Positions 26,057-35,286 of a DNA stretch of 64,000 bases are shown here, one piece after another (within the stretch, counting starts at the first letter, position 1; the number at the start of each line of letters is the position of its first letter). Position numbers and translations under genes: made by a program. This DNA comes from a virus: IMG/VR virus record IMGVR_UViG_3300042196_000409; one strand, 5' to 3'. The notes under the pieces are model-generated. The model had not been told where the DNA came from, did not search any database, and saw nothing but the letters and a program-made list of their open reading frames with translations.

Positions 26057-27004
26057 ATGAGAATGCGAAACAATCAGCGGGGCAGCGTTACGTTGTATGC
26101 AATCGGGGCCGTCGGCGTGATCGGCGGTTTGATCATAGGCATGATCACGTGCGCGAAGCTCGAACAGATTGATCCTGGTCACGTGGGTGTATCGGTCAAG
26201 AAATGCGGCGGCGGCGGCGTCAGCGCTGAGCCCATCCCGACCGGCTACTACTGGCGAGAGCTGTTCTGCGAGAAGGTTGTCGAGTACCCGATCTCCATGC
26301 AGAGCCTCATTCTCACCAAGAGCCCGCACGAAGGTGGCAAGTGCAATCCGAGCGACGGCAGCTGTGATGAGAGCATCATGGTTACGTCGTCGGAGGGCCT
26401 GAACATCAACCTTGATGTGGCGCTGAACTTCACTTTGGACGCCAAGCAGGTGCCAAAGATCTACGAGCGCTGGCGGTCCGATATTGAGGACATCTCGCAC
26501 AAGTACATCCGGCAGACGATCCGGGAGTCCCTTCAGCTGACGTTCGCCAAGTCGACTGCGGAGGAGCTGTACTCGACGAAGAAGGAGATCGCTCGCATCG
26601 AAGCCGAGAAGATCATCCGCGAGAAGCTCGAACCGATGGGCTTCATGATCTCGCAGTTCACCATCAATCGCATCGAGCCGCCAAAGCAGGTCATTGACGC
26701 GATCAACGCCAAGGTTGCCATGGTTCAGGACGCGCAGAAGTCGGAGCAAGAGGTGCGCAAGAAGACGGCCGAGGCTGCGCAAAAGGTCGCCACTGCCAAG
26801 GGCGATGCCGATGCGGTGGAAGCGGCTGCGAGGGGCGAGGCTGCATCCATTACGATGCGTGCCGAGGCGCAAGCCAAGGCGAACAAGCTGCTGAGTGAAT
26901 CGATCACCCCGAACCTCATCCAGTACGAGCAGGCCAGGAAGTGGGACGGTAAGCTGCCCAGCACGACCGGCGGTGTCGTTCCGTTCCTCAACGTCAACAA
27001 GTAG
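26057..27004 (+). CDS. SPFH/Band-7 (prohibitin/HflC-like) domain protein
   Basis: N-terminal TM segment. Band-7 core ..IYERW..DIEDISHKYIRQTIRESLQ. C-terminal Ala/Lys-rich coiled coil. Confidence 0.65.
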   Translation: MRMRNNQRGSVTLYAIGAVGVIGGLIIGMITCAKLEQIDPGHVGVSVKKCGGGGVSAEPIPTGYYWRELFCEKVVEYPISMQSLILTKSPHEGGKCNPSDGSCDESIMVTSSEGLNINLDVALNFTLDAKQVPKIYERWRSDIEDISHKYIRQTIRESLQLTFAKSTAEELYSTKKEIARIEAEKIIREKLEPMGFMISQFTINRIEPPKQVIDAINAKVAMVQDAQKSEQEVRKKTAEAAQKVATAKGDADAVEAAARGEAASITMRAEAQAKANKLLSESITPNLIQYEQARKWDGKLPSTTGGVVPFLNVNK

Positions 27005-27011
27005 GCGGCTG

Positions 27012-27251
27012 CTACGCGAGAGCTGGATCGCACACGTGTGGTGGCGCGCGATCCACGACGACTGCTTCCGGCGCTCCGAGCTTGCAGGCTTCGCAGATCG
27101 CCTTGTCGGCCTGGAGCTGAGCGATGCATGCCGGACACGTGACCTTGCTACGTAAGCAGGTCAACTCTTCCGATAGAAGCTCGTCGATCGTGAGGCCGCA
27201 GCCGATGATCGCGCTCGGGTAGTACCAGTGCTTGTCGCGCGTTTCCGTCAT
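27012..27251 (-). CDS. small Cys-rich protein
   Basis: CGLT..CLRSKVTCPACI..CEAC pattern in 79 aa. Confidence 0.35.
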   Translation of the reverse strand: MTETRDKHWYYPSAIIGCGLTIDELLSEELTCLRSKVTCPACIAQLQADKAICEACKLGAPEAVVVDRAPPHVCDPALA

Positions 27252-27442
27252 CGCGCAAGAACGTAAGCAACAGCTGCGGCGCGCGCAACAAGGGCGCTTG
27301 ACGTGCGCAGCGCCTTGCGCTACACGTGAATCTCCTCGATGCGCTCGTTTCGCTTACCAGCTCGACTTCGCTCGCTACGCTTGCCGGCTTGAGGCAGGCG
27401 TAGCTCGCAGCATGTCTTGAGCCGGCGTAGCGCAACGCAGCC

Positions 27443-27523
27443 GCGTCAATGGTGGAACAAGCAGACACGGTGCTCCTAAAAAGCACTGCTCATGGCATGA
27501 GGGTGCAAATCCCTCTTGACGCA
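27443..27523 (+). tRNA. tRNA-Leu(TAA), type II
   Basis: Acceptor GCGTCAA/TTGACGC. Perfect anticodon stem GTGCT/AGCAC. Loop ccTAAaa. 12-nt variable-arm hairpin. T-loop TGCAAAT. Confidence 0.6.
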
Positions 27524-27530
27524 CGTTTCC

Positions 27531-27607
27531 GTCGCGATAGCCCAACTGGAAGCGGCAGTGGTCTGAGGGGCCATTCAGTGCGGGTTCGAATCCCGCTCGC
27601 GACACCA
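27531..27607 (+). tRNA. tRNA-like gene with encoded CCA (anticodon not resolved by eye)
   Basis: Perfect acceptor GTCGCGA/TCGCGAC plus A-CCA. T-arm GCGGGTTCGAATCCCGC. Confidence 0.4.
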
Positions 27608-27626
27608 TCAAGGAAGGAGGAGCCCC

Positions 27627-28187
27627 ATGACGCAGCAAGTTTGGTTCACGAGCGACACTCATTTCGGCCACACGAACATCGTGAAGTACAGCGGGCGTCC
27701 GTGCGCTGACGTGCACGAGATGAACGAAGCGCTCGTCCTCAACTGGAACGCGGTCGTGAAGCCCGGCGACCTCGTGTATCACGTCGGCGACTTCGCGCTC
27801 TGCGACGTCGAGGCCGCGACGAAGATCGTGAAGCGCCTTGCAGGCCAGAAGTACCTCGTGTTTGGAAACCACGACAAGGCGCTGCGCAAGGACAAGATCT
27901 TCCTCGGGCACTGGATCTGGGCGAAGGACATGGCGGACATCACGGTCGGATCGCAGCGCATCGTGCTCCTGCACTACGCGATGCGCGTGTGGAACCAGAG
28001 CCACCGTGGCGCTTGGCAGTTGCACGGACACTCGCACGGTTCGCTCAAGGAGGAACCGCACTTGCTCCAGGCGGACGTCGGCGTGGACTGCTGGAACCAA
28101 CGTCCGGTTTCGTTCGAGGAGCTCGTCACGAAGATGGCGACGAAGAATTATCAGCCCGTCGATCATCACGGGCGTCAAGACGAGTGA
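27627..28187 (+). CDS. calcineurin-like metallophosphoesterase
   Basis: Motifs DTHFGH, GDF, GNHD, GHSHG in canonical order. 186 aa. Confidence 0.75.
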   Translation: MTQQVWFTSDTHFGHTNIVKYSGRPCADVHEMNEALVLNWNAVVKPGDLVYHVGDFALCDVEAATKIVKRLAGQKYLVFGNHDKALRKDKIFLGHWIWAKDMADITVGSQRIVLLHYAMRVWNQSHRGAWQLHGHSHGSLKEEPHLLQADVGVDCWNQRPVSFEELVTKMATKNYQPVDHHGRQDE

Positions 28188-28214
28188 CTGATCGAACTCC
28201 GCCTAGTACGTTTC

Positions 28215-28290
28215 GCCGACGTAGCCCAACTTGGTAGCAGGCAATGCGCTTAGATCGCATCCAGTGCTGGTTCAAATCCAGTCGTCGGCA
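28215..28290 (+). tRNA. class-I-shaped tRNA with Leu anticodon TAG
   Basis: Acceptor GCCGACG/CGTCGGC. Perfect anticodon stem ATGCG/CGCAT. Loop ctTAGat. 5-nt variable loop. T-arm GCTGGTTCAAATCCAGT. Confidence 0.5.
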
Positions 28291-28424
28291 CGATGAAAAA
28301 AGAAAGCCTACTCGCGTCGACGTCGCACATGCACTACTGGCGGCCCGAGGGGGCGGGTGTTCGTGCAGAGGCGCGACGATAGCTTTCGGCTTGCAGTGAC
28401 CTTCGCAGACAGCTCTGACACCAC

Positions 28425-28501
28425 GTCGTCGTGGTCCAACGGGTAGAGGCGTCCCGCTCAAGACGGGAAAGTTGCGGGTTCAAATCCCGCCGACGACACC
28501 A
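28425..28501 (+). tRNA. class-I-shaped tRNA with Leu anticodon CAA, encoded CCA
   Basis: Acceptor GTCGTCG/CGACGAC. Perfect anticodon stem TCCCG/CGGGA. Loop ctCAAga. 5-nt variable loop. T-arm GCGGGTTCAAATCCCGC. Confidence 0.5.
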
Positions 28502-28516
28502 GCGAGTGCTTGGCGA

Positions 28517-29755
28517 TCAAAGCTCTTGGACGAGACGTCCCTGAACGCCGCAGAAGAATCCTGAGCCTTCTTCCTTGCCGCCTTCGGCGTACGTTGTGAC
28601 GATCACGAAGTCCACCGCTTTGGGTACGCGATCAAGCGTTACGGCACAGCCGACGGCCAGGGTAGAAAAGGCTTGGCCGGGAATGTCTCCGCTCTGCGCG
28701 GTCTGACAGCGATGGCCGACTTTGATGTCGTTGATGATCCAAGCGTCGGCATCGGTGATCACCATGCGCTCCGGGATGAAGTCTCGCGCGGGTGCGCCCG
28801 TGATCTGCGCGCGTTGTGTCGGCACGATCGGAATGTCCGTCGACATGGGCAAGAAGTAGCTGATAGCCCGAGCACCCGTCGGATTCGACACACCTGCCAG
28901 TTCGACCTTCAGGCATGCCGTGGCGTCCATGCCGACATAGGTCGCCGCGATCTCGACACGATCCTTTGCAGCAAGCGGTTTCAAGATCACAGGCGCATCG
29001 CCCGTGAACATCTCACCCGGCAGATCTCCACCCTGCACGAAGATGGATTTCCCGTGCGTTCGGATGTCGTGCACGATCCAGTCCTTCGCGTCCGCGATCG
29101 TAAAATGATCGACGCATAGTGCAGGCGCCGCGATCGTGATTGGGAGTACGGCCATTTCGTTCGCGCGAACGCTCTTGGACTCCGCGCGCTCAAAAATGCG
29201 TGTCGAAGGATCTGGTGCACCGTGCACAGAAGTCTTTGCAGGAGGCTCACCGGTCCAACCGAACAAGACCGCCTCAAAGCATTCACCTTGTTCGTTAGGA
29301 CCGGTGTACGTCACCTCCATGACGAGGGGCTCGGCTGCCTGAGCCTCGCGCTGAAGGAGCGGTTGCCAGGTATCCAGGGAGAACACGGAGGCGCAGCGGC
29401 GTCGATCTTCATCCTCGATCAACGAGGACCACGGGCTCTTGCCGAGACCGATAGAAAGTCGGTGGATGTCCCAGCGATCGGCGTTCTTGACCAAGAGACG
29501 ATCAGGCCAGAACGACAACAGTTGAGGACGTGCCGTGATCTGCGCAGACTGGTCAGGCAGGACTTTATTGCCGGTACTGAATGGAAGCGGGACCCGGCTG
29601 ACGTGCCGGGAAGCCTCACGGGCATCCTGTTGCAGTGCGGGCTCTGCTGGCTGCTCGGCTAGCTGCTGCCACGCTGCTTGGTAGCTTTCGCCGGTCTTCT
29701 CTTGACGCTCGCGCACAAGGCGCTGCATCGCACGATCACGTTTCTTGTCGCTCAT
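28517..29755 (-). CDS. hypothetical protein with repeated beta-rich domains
   Basis: Repeats FTIADAKDWIVHDIRTHG..VQGGDLPGEMFTG and MVITDADAWIINDIKVGH..AQSGDIPGQAFST. 412 aa. Confidence 0.45.
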   Translation of the reverse strand: MSDKKRDRAMQRLVRERQEKTGESYQAAWQQLAEQPAEPALQQDAREASRHVSRVPLPFSTGNKVLPDQSAQITARPQLLSFWPDRLLVKNADRWDIHRLSIGLGKSPWSSLIEDEDRRRCASVFSLDTWQPLLQREAQAAEPLVMEVTYTGPNEQGECFEAVLFGWTGEPPAKTSVHGAPDPSTRIFERAESKSVRANEMAVLPITIAAPALCVDHFTIADAKDWIVHDIRTHGKSIFVQGGDLPGEMFTGDAPVILKPLAAKDRVEIAATYVGMDATACLKVELAGVSNPTGARAISYFLPMSTDIPIVPTQRAQITGAPARDFIPERMVITDADAWIINDIKVGHRCQTAQSGDIPGQAFSTLAVGCAVTLDRVPKAVDFVIVTTYAEGGKEEGSGFFCGVQGRLVQEL

Positions 29756-30008
29756 GACAAACCTCTCATTGTCTCGTCCGAGCTGTCCCGCACCGATGAC
29801 TCGTCCGAGCTGAGAAGTTCAAGAGCGCTGTCTCGGCGGGTCATCCCCTTCGTCTCCCAGAACGACCAAGGTGCGGTTGGTCGATGGAAATCAGGCATCC
29901 CGAGTAGGTACCTAGAAGGAAGATACCGTGGCAGCGACGTCCGCTGCAAGCGGGGCGAGATCCCTCCGACGGCACCCTCCAATCAAAGGCACGCAGTAGG
30001 CTCGGACC

Positions 30009-30257
30009 ATGAGCCCGGACCTTGCACGTTACCTCGTTCGCCCGCTGCTTGCGAAGCATCCGCTGCCGTGGAGCATCGAATACGACTGGACCGCCGAGGT
30101 GTACGACGCGAAGAAGCACCTCGTGATCAAGCTGCCGAGTGGCGTGCTGGCGGAGGAGCTGATCGCGTTCGCGACCGAGCTGGCTGCGTACGATGCACAG
30201 GGTGCGGCCGAGGCGAAGAAGGTGCTCGCGGACGCGGGGATCGAGATCGAGGACTAG
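30009..30257 (+). CDS. hypothetical small protein
   Basis: 82-aa ORF with balanced composition. Confidence 0.4.
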   Translation: MSPDLARYLVRPLLAKHPLPWSIEYDWTAEVYDAKKHLVIKLPSGVLAEELIAFATELAAYDAQGAAEAKKVLADAGIEIED

Positions 30258-30817
30258 TCCTCGACGTCCTCAGGATCGGTCGCAGCGAGCCACACGTGCT
30301 CGATTCGTTTGCCGCGGATTCGTTCGATCACCGCTGGTCGGACGCTGTAGCCGTAACAGGGGCCGCGGGACAGCTTCGGTCGCCCCGACGGGTGACCACT
30401 ACAACCGCAGTCGCTCTTCTTCTTGCGCTTGTCCTGCATCGTGACCTCCGTGAGCGCCCGCCAGGCGCTCGGTAGTGGTCACGCAGGTCGTTGTCGACAC
30501 GAGAGCGAGCGTATCGCGGATCATGTCGTGGGTGTCGGGGGACACGCCGTGTGAATGAAACGCTCGTCTGGAGTCCACGGCCCGGTTCGGGTCTCTCCGT
30601 ACACGACGCGCCACGGCGCTGATCGCCGCGGCGTGGGGATTACGGATTGCGCATTTCGAGCTGCGTGAGGACGTCCGTAGCCGATCGATGCGTGCTTGAC
30701 GGTACGATCGTCATTGGGTATTTTTCTTCGTCGGGTTGTAGCGAATCCGGCGTTATTTTGGCGGGTTGTTGACGCAGGTGTCCGCCATTTACCCGCCAAA
30801 GCAGCATGCTGCTGGCT

Positions 30818-30848
30818 CAGGAGCCGCGAAAGCGGCTCCTGCTTTTTT
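30818..30848 (+). terminator. rho-independent terminator
   Basis: Hairpin CAGGAGCCGC-GAAA-GCGGCTCCTG followed by CTTTTTT. Same core as the terminator at 24568. Confidence 0.65.
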
Positions 30849-30898
30849 GGATGCGTGCGGCCGGCGATGCGGGCAGTGCCGTCGTGTAAGTTTGACGC

Positions 30899-31189
30899 AT
30901 GCCAAACATCGAGATAGCGGAGGGCGAGGCCGTCACCATCAGTTTCGCCGGAACAGACGGCCAGATTACCGTCGCCTTCATCAGCGAGGCGGGCGAGTGT
31001 CGAGGGTGCGCCTCGACCGACGTCGCCGCAGAGCTGTCCGCCAAGGGTAGCGGGATCTTCGTGCACGCCGACATGCCCGACGCCATGAGCCGGGACGGCG
31101 TTATCTACCACGAGCCGTTCAACCAGCGCGATCCGCGACTCGCGAGTAAGGCGAATGTCGACTCGCCGAGGTCACTCGGTTCTCGGTGA
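30899..31189 (+). CDS. hypothetical protein
   Basis: 96-aa ORF downstream of the terminator; plausible composition. Confidence 0.35.
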   Translation: MPNIEIAEGEAVTISFAGTDGQITVAFISEAGECRGCASTDVAAELSAKGSGIFVHADMPDAMSRDGVIYHEPFNQRDPRLASKANVDSPRSLGSR

Positions 31190-31193
31190 ACTC

Positions 31194-31874
31194 TTAGGTC
31201 GACTCGGAGACGATCTCCGCGTCGATCGCGTCGTCGAATGACGGGCGACGCCACGTGAGGATCGCGTGGCCAGGAGCGCGGGCAGGCCGTGCGGAGCGCG
31301 GAGCTGCGGGAGCCGTGGTGACCGGCGCCGGAGCTTGAACGTGGCGCGGGGAAGGGGTGGACGGTGCGTGCTCGGTGCGGTTGCGTGCGCGAGTCGCTGC
31401 GCGGCGCGCATCCGTTTCGCGCTGGCGGCGCGTGGCGTCACGCGAGAGCGCGATCACCGAACCGTTCGCGATCGCGTTGATCAGGACCAGGACCGCGAGT
31501 GCAACGGTGCTCGTGACTCCGTGGCTGACCAGCATGACGCCCTCCAGGGCGAGCACGAAGCCGAGGGCCTTTCTCGTGTCGCCGAACGCGGCCTTGCCAA
31601 ACTTGTAGACCGAGATCGCGGAGAAGCACGCGCAGCCAAGCACGACTGTGAGCATCACCATTGCGAGGGAGGTGTTACCCGCAGACCAGGCCGCCGGGGC
31701 CTCCTCGTGCGCGAGCGTGCGGCCGAACCAGGGGACGAGGCCACCGACCACGGCGCCGATCGCCGCGGCGTGGGGATTGCGGATCGCGCATTCGAGCTGC
31801 GTGAAGACGTCCGTGGTGGCGGATCGGTCGACGACTCCGCGGGACTGCTTGCTGCGCTTGCTGGACTTGCTCAT
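31194..31874 (-). CDS. multi-pass membrane protein
   Basis: At least four hydrophobic helices; basic N-terminus MSKSSKRSKQSRG. Confidence 0.5.
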   Translation of the reverse strand: MSKSSKRSKQSRGVVDRSATTDVFTQLECAIRNPHAAAIGAVVGGLVPWFGRTLAHEEAPAAWSAGNTSLAMVMLTVVLGCACFSAISVYKFGKAAFGDTRKALGFVLALEGVMLVSHGVTSTVALAVLVLINAIANGSVIALSRDATRRQRETDARRAATRARNRTEHAPSTPSPRHVQAPAPVTTAPAAPRSARPARAPGHAILTWRRPSFDDAIDAEIVSEST

Positions 31875-32749
31875 TGCGGGAAGATAGAGCAGCTCGCGTG
31901 CCGATCATGGAGACGCGTAAGTGTCCGTCCGAGAAGCCTGGGTAGACGACCACCCAGTCTCCACGCGTGCCCAGGTGCCCAGGTACGTAGCGCTCGAGAC
32001 ACGGGTAGCGAGCTACTCACTGCATCTCAGGCATCCCAGGCCAGGCGGCCAGGCGGCCAGGCCAGTTGGTGTGCGGCGTGTAGTTCCGAGGCTGGCCGTC
32101 CGGCGCGAAACAGCGTCCGCGAGACGGCGTGGGTGTCGATCTAGGCTGCTTGTTTTTGTGGACAACGACGCCGAGTGCAGCTCGGTGAGCGTGAATGTTT
32201 TCGATCGCTCACGGCTTTGCAGCGATGCGTTTCAGTGCTCGTGTTGATTCCAAGATCGAAGACAAAAACATCCCACCTGCCATGCCGATAGTAGCGCCTG
32301 CGCTTCGATCCTCGGGAGAGGACACAGCACGCCCAGTTAATGCACCTGCGAGCGCCCACAGCACGAACGAACCAAGATCGAGGGCAGAGCTAACTTGGTC
32401 GGAAGCGACGCCCGAGACTGGAACGGACGCCCTGCTCGCGTGCATGGCGTAGTATCCGTTGGAGCCGTTGGAGCCGTACCGTCCACGTTCGTTCATGGCT
32501 ACATGATACATTGCTCAAGGCGGTCCCGTTCACAACCTTCACGAGCGAGGCGCCCTTGAGGCCAAGCGCGTCCGCGAGCGGTTGCTAGCCCGTCAGGTAT
32601 TGAGGAACCTACCCCTTCTGAGGCACGGCCCCATCGCAAGGCGTGCTGTCGGGACTCGGAGATCTTGCTGCCGGCCCCCTCCATGAAACCGTGCCTTTCT
32701 CCTCGCTGCGGGGCGCCTGGTTCGGCTAGGTTCCTCGAAGGAGGCATGT

Positions 32750-33208
32750 ATGAGTGACAAGATCGCGAGGCTCGGGATCCAGCGCGACAACGACCTGATG
32801 TACTACATCAAGGATGGCGACGTCTGGGCCACGCCGCGCAAGCAGAAGGGTCAGCCCAAGGGCAAGGCCCGGAAGATTGCTCCGGCCGGCCTCGAGATGG
32901 ACTACAGCCGTTATATTTACTTTCTCGACGGTGATGGGGACGTTGCGCGCAAGGCACGCGCCCTCGGCGGTGGCGGTCGGAAGGCGAAGGCTAAGCCGGC
33001 CAAGGTCGCGAAGCCAAGCAAGGCGGCGAAGTCGGTAGCGCCGTCGACACCGTCAACATCGGCGCCACCGAAGAAAGTCGGCAAGAAGAGCGAAGCTCAG
33101 CTCGACCGCGAGATCGAGGAGTGTCTCGCGCAGGCCGAGAAGGGCGGGAACGGGAACGAAGGCAGCGACGAGTCAGCCAAGCCCGCTGGCAAGAAGAAGC
33201 ACCGCTAG
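32750..33208 (+). CDS. hypothetical Lys/Ala-rich protein with KKSEAQLDREIEECL motif
   Basis: 152-aa ORF carrying the shared motif near its C-terminus. Confidence 0.5.
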   Translation: MSDKIARLGIQRDNDLMYYIKDGDVWATPRKQKGQPKGKARKIAPAGLEMDYSRYIYFLDGDGDVARKARALGGGGRKAKAKPAKVAKPSKAAKSVAPSTPSTSAPPKKVGKKSEAQLDREIEECLAQAEKGGNGNEGSDESAKPAGKKKHR

Positions 33209-33221
33209 CTGCTAGCAGTGG

Positions 33222-33506
33222 CTATGCCTCGGGTGTGGTGTGGTTGGGTAGAGTCGATCGGTGCTCGCGCAGATCAGTGAGTGCGGCCTCGTCGAGGCTC
33301 TCGAACAGTTCCCAGCACACCTCGCGTCGGGCCTCGACAAAACCCATTTTCCTTAGCCGATTGTCCTGCCACACAATCCACCAGAAGCGGTTCGTCTTGT
33401 CGTACGTGAGCCAGACGGTCGTCTTGCCGATCGTTCGTTTCTTGGCGATGACACCGCAGCGATCGCTCTGGCCGGTCTGTGGATCGACGGCAACCAGGTC
33501 CTTCAC
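33222..33506 (-). CDS. hypothetical protein
   Basis: 94-aa ORF, Trp-rich, protein-like. Confidence 0.4.
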   Translation of the reverse strand: MKDLVAVDPQTGQSDRCGVIAKKRTIGKTTVWLTYDKTNRFWWIVWQDNRLRKMGFVEARREVCWELFESLDEAALTDLREHRSTLPNHTTPEA

Positions 33507-33781
33507 ACTGACGATCCTACCAGACCACTACGACGAAGTTGCGTCCACACCGCGGGCTGGGCGACACTTACGAGGATGCAGCGTGATGACCGTGCGGCGA
33601 CGACGGCGGTCCCTTCCGTCGTAGACCAGCAGCGCGGTCAGTACCTAGCCGCGGCCGATGGAAAGAAGAGTGGCGGTGCTGGAGGCGTTTTGCTTCTTCT
33701 GGGGATCGCGGCGGGCGTGTACGCGCTTTCCCCGGGCGCACGGCACTTCTACAAGCACGGCTATTTGCCGCCCTACCGTCG

Positions 33782-34240
33782 ATGAACCACTCGCGTTCTC
33801 CCCGCTTGCGCTTGCTAGGCCGCGTCGCCGGCCTGGTGATCTACCTCGTTGATGGTGAGAAGGTCCGTGATGTGATCGACATTGACTTCACGATGGGCGG
33901 CAACGAGGCGCGCTACAGCTACGTTCCACCTGGCGAGATTTGGATCGACAACGCAGAGCATGTGCTCGATCGCACCGCGACGGCTCTTCATGAGCTGGTA
34001 GAGCGCGATCTCATGCTTCATCACGGAATGAGCTACGACTCTGCTCACGACGCCGCGAACGCCCGCGAGCGCGCGTTTCGCCAAGACCTTGAGCGCCGCC
34101 GCCCGTCGCGGTTCGATGCCCGTCGCGTCGGAGAGGCATACCGCATCTATTTCCGAGAGAAGCCGATCCGCAAGAGATCGCGCCAGCTCGACAGTGAGAT
34201 TGCCGCGGCCCTGGCGCGGCCCGATAGGAGTACCTCGTGA
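33782..34240 (+). CDS. hypothetical protein (HELVE..HH metal-site-like) with C-terminal RKRSRQLDSEIAAAL motif
   Basis: ALHELVERDLMLHHGMSYDSAHD. Shared motif at the C-terminus. Overlaps the next gene (GTGA). Confidence 0.45.
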   Translation: MNHSRSPRLRLLGRVAGLVIYLVDGEKVRDVIDIDFTMGGNEARYSYVPPGEIWIDNAEHVLDRTATALHELVERDLMLHHGMSYDSAHDAANARERAFRQDLERRRPSRFDARRVGEAYRIYFREKPIRKRSRQLDSEIAAALARPDRSTS

Positions 34241-34623
34241 GATGGAAAACGCTTGTTGCAGATCTCGACGAAGCCAAGGAGCGCAAGCAGCTCCGCGGGC
34301 GCATTCAGCGGTTGCTTGACAAGTGGCAGCCGATCTTGGGCGTTACGATCGACGACTGGGATCTGAGGACGATGAAGAAGTACTGGGGTTCGTCCCGACG
34401 AGCCGGTTGCGACATGTTCGAGTGTCGGCCTGGGCACATCACTTTCAACACCGAGCTCGCGAAGCTGCCACCGCGCTATCTCCAGTACATCGTGATCCAC
34501 GAGCTGGTTCATCATCTGACCGACGGGCACGATAAGCGTTTCTACAAGCTGATGGATCAGCATCAGCCGGGCTGGCGGCGGATGCAGGCGCGGATCGAAG
34601 AGCCGCTGACCCAGTACAGTTGA
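34237..34623 (+). CDS. DUF45/YgjP-like zinc metallopeptidase (HExxH)
   Basis: YIVIHELVHHLTDGHDKRFYKLMDQ matches the YgjP/M48-like signature. Confidence 0.6.
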   Translation: MRWKTLVADLDEAKERKQLRGRIQRLLDKWQPILGVTIDDWDLRTMKKYWGSSRRAGCDMFECRPGHITFNTELAKLPPRYLQYIVIHELVHHLTDGHDKRFYKLMDQHQPGWRRMQARIEEPLTQYS

Positions 34624-34626
34624 TCT

Positions 34627-35286
34627 ATGGCGACGCTTGACGAGCTGGCTGCAAGCATCGATGGCTACGTGACCAAGTATATGGGGATCCTTGCGATCGA
34701 CGGAGAGCGCCCCAGCATCAAGCTACGAAGCAATCTCGGATCAAAGTGGCTCGGGCGTTCGACGTGGTCCCCAAGTCGTCCTCACACGACATTGCTCGAG
34801 CTTCAGCAGTCCATTCTCGGGGACGACAGAACACTCGAACGCGTTGTCGCTCACGAGATGGTCCATCATCGTGATGCGCTGGCGATCTCCGAGAACGATG
34901 TCGTGCTTTTACGCGTCGGAATCAAACCCGAGGCGCACGGCGCTTCGTTTCGCGAAGGTGCTGCGCGCATCAACGAGGTCATGGGACCAGGCTTTGTCAC
35001 AGCGGTCTCAGACAAGGAGTACGTACACGCTCCTTCTCGTAAGAAATTTGTTGTCTTGATCACGCCACTGCCGGACGGTCGGCTTGGCTGGACGTGGGCT
35101 GCTCGCCTTGGAGGCAAGGCGCAGGGGTGGGTGGACGAACTCGTTGGGCGTGGATCGCGCCTCGTGTACACGACAGATGAGCGGTGGACGAGAGGGCGCA
35201 AGATCAAACGCTACGGGGGCTATTCTGTGCCCAGGGACAGTGAAGACGCTGCGCGGCTTCAGGATCTCTTCAGGAGCGTTACTTGA
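34627..35286 (+). CDS. SprT-like HExxH metalloprotease-domain protein
   Basis: VVAHEMVHHRD motif. 219 aa. Tandem with the previous HExxH gene. Confidence 0.5.
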   Translation: MATLDELAASIDGYVTKYMGILAIDGERPSIKLRSNLGSKWLGRSTWSPSRPHTTLLELQQSILGDDRTLERVVAHEMVHHRDALAISENDVVLLRVGIKPEAHGASFREGAARINEVMGPGFVTAVSDKEYVHAPSRKKFVVLITPLPDGRLGWTWAARLGGKAQGWVDELVGRGSRLVYTTDERWTRGRKIKRYGGYSVPRDSEDAARLQDLFRSVT

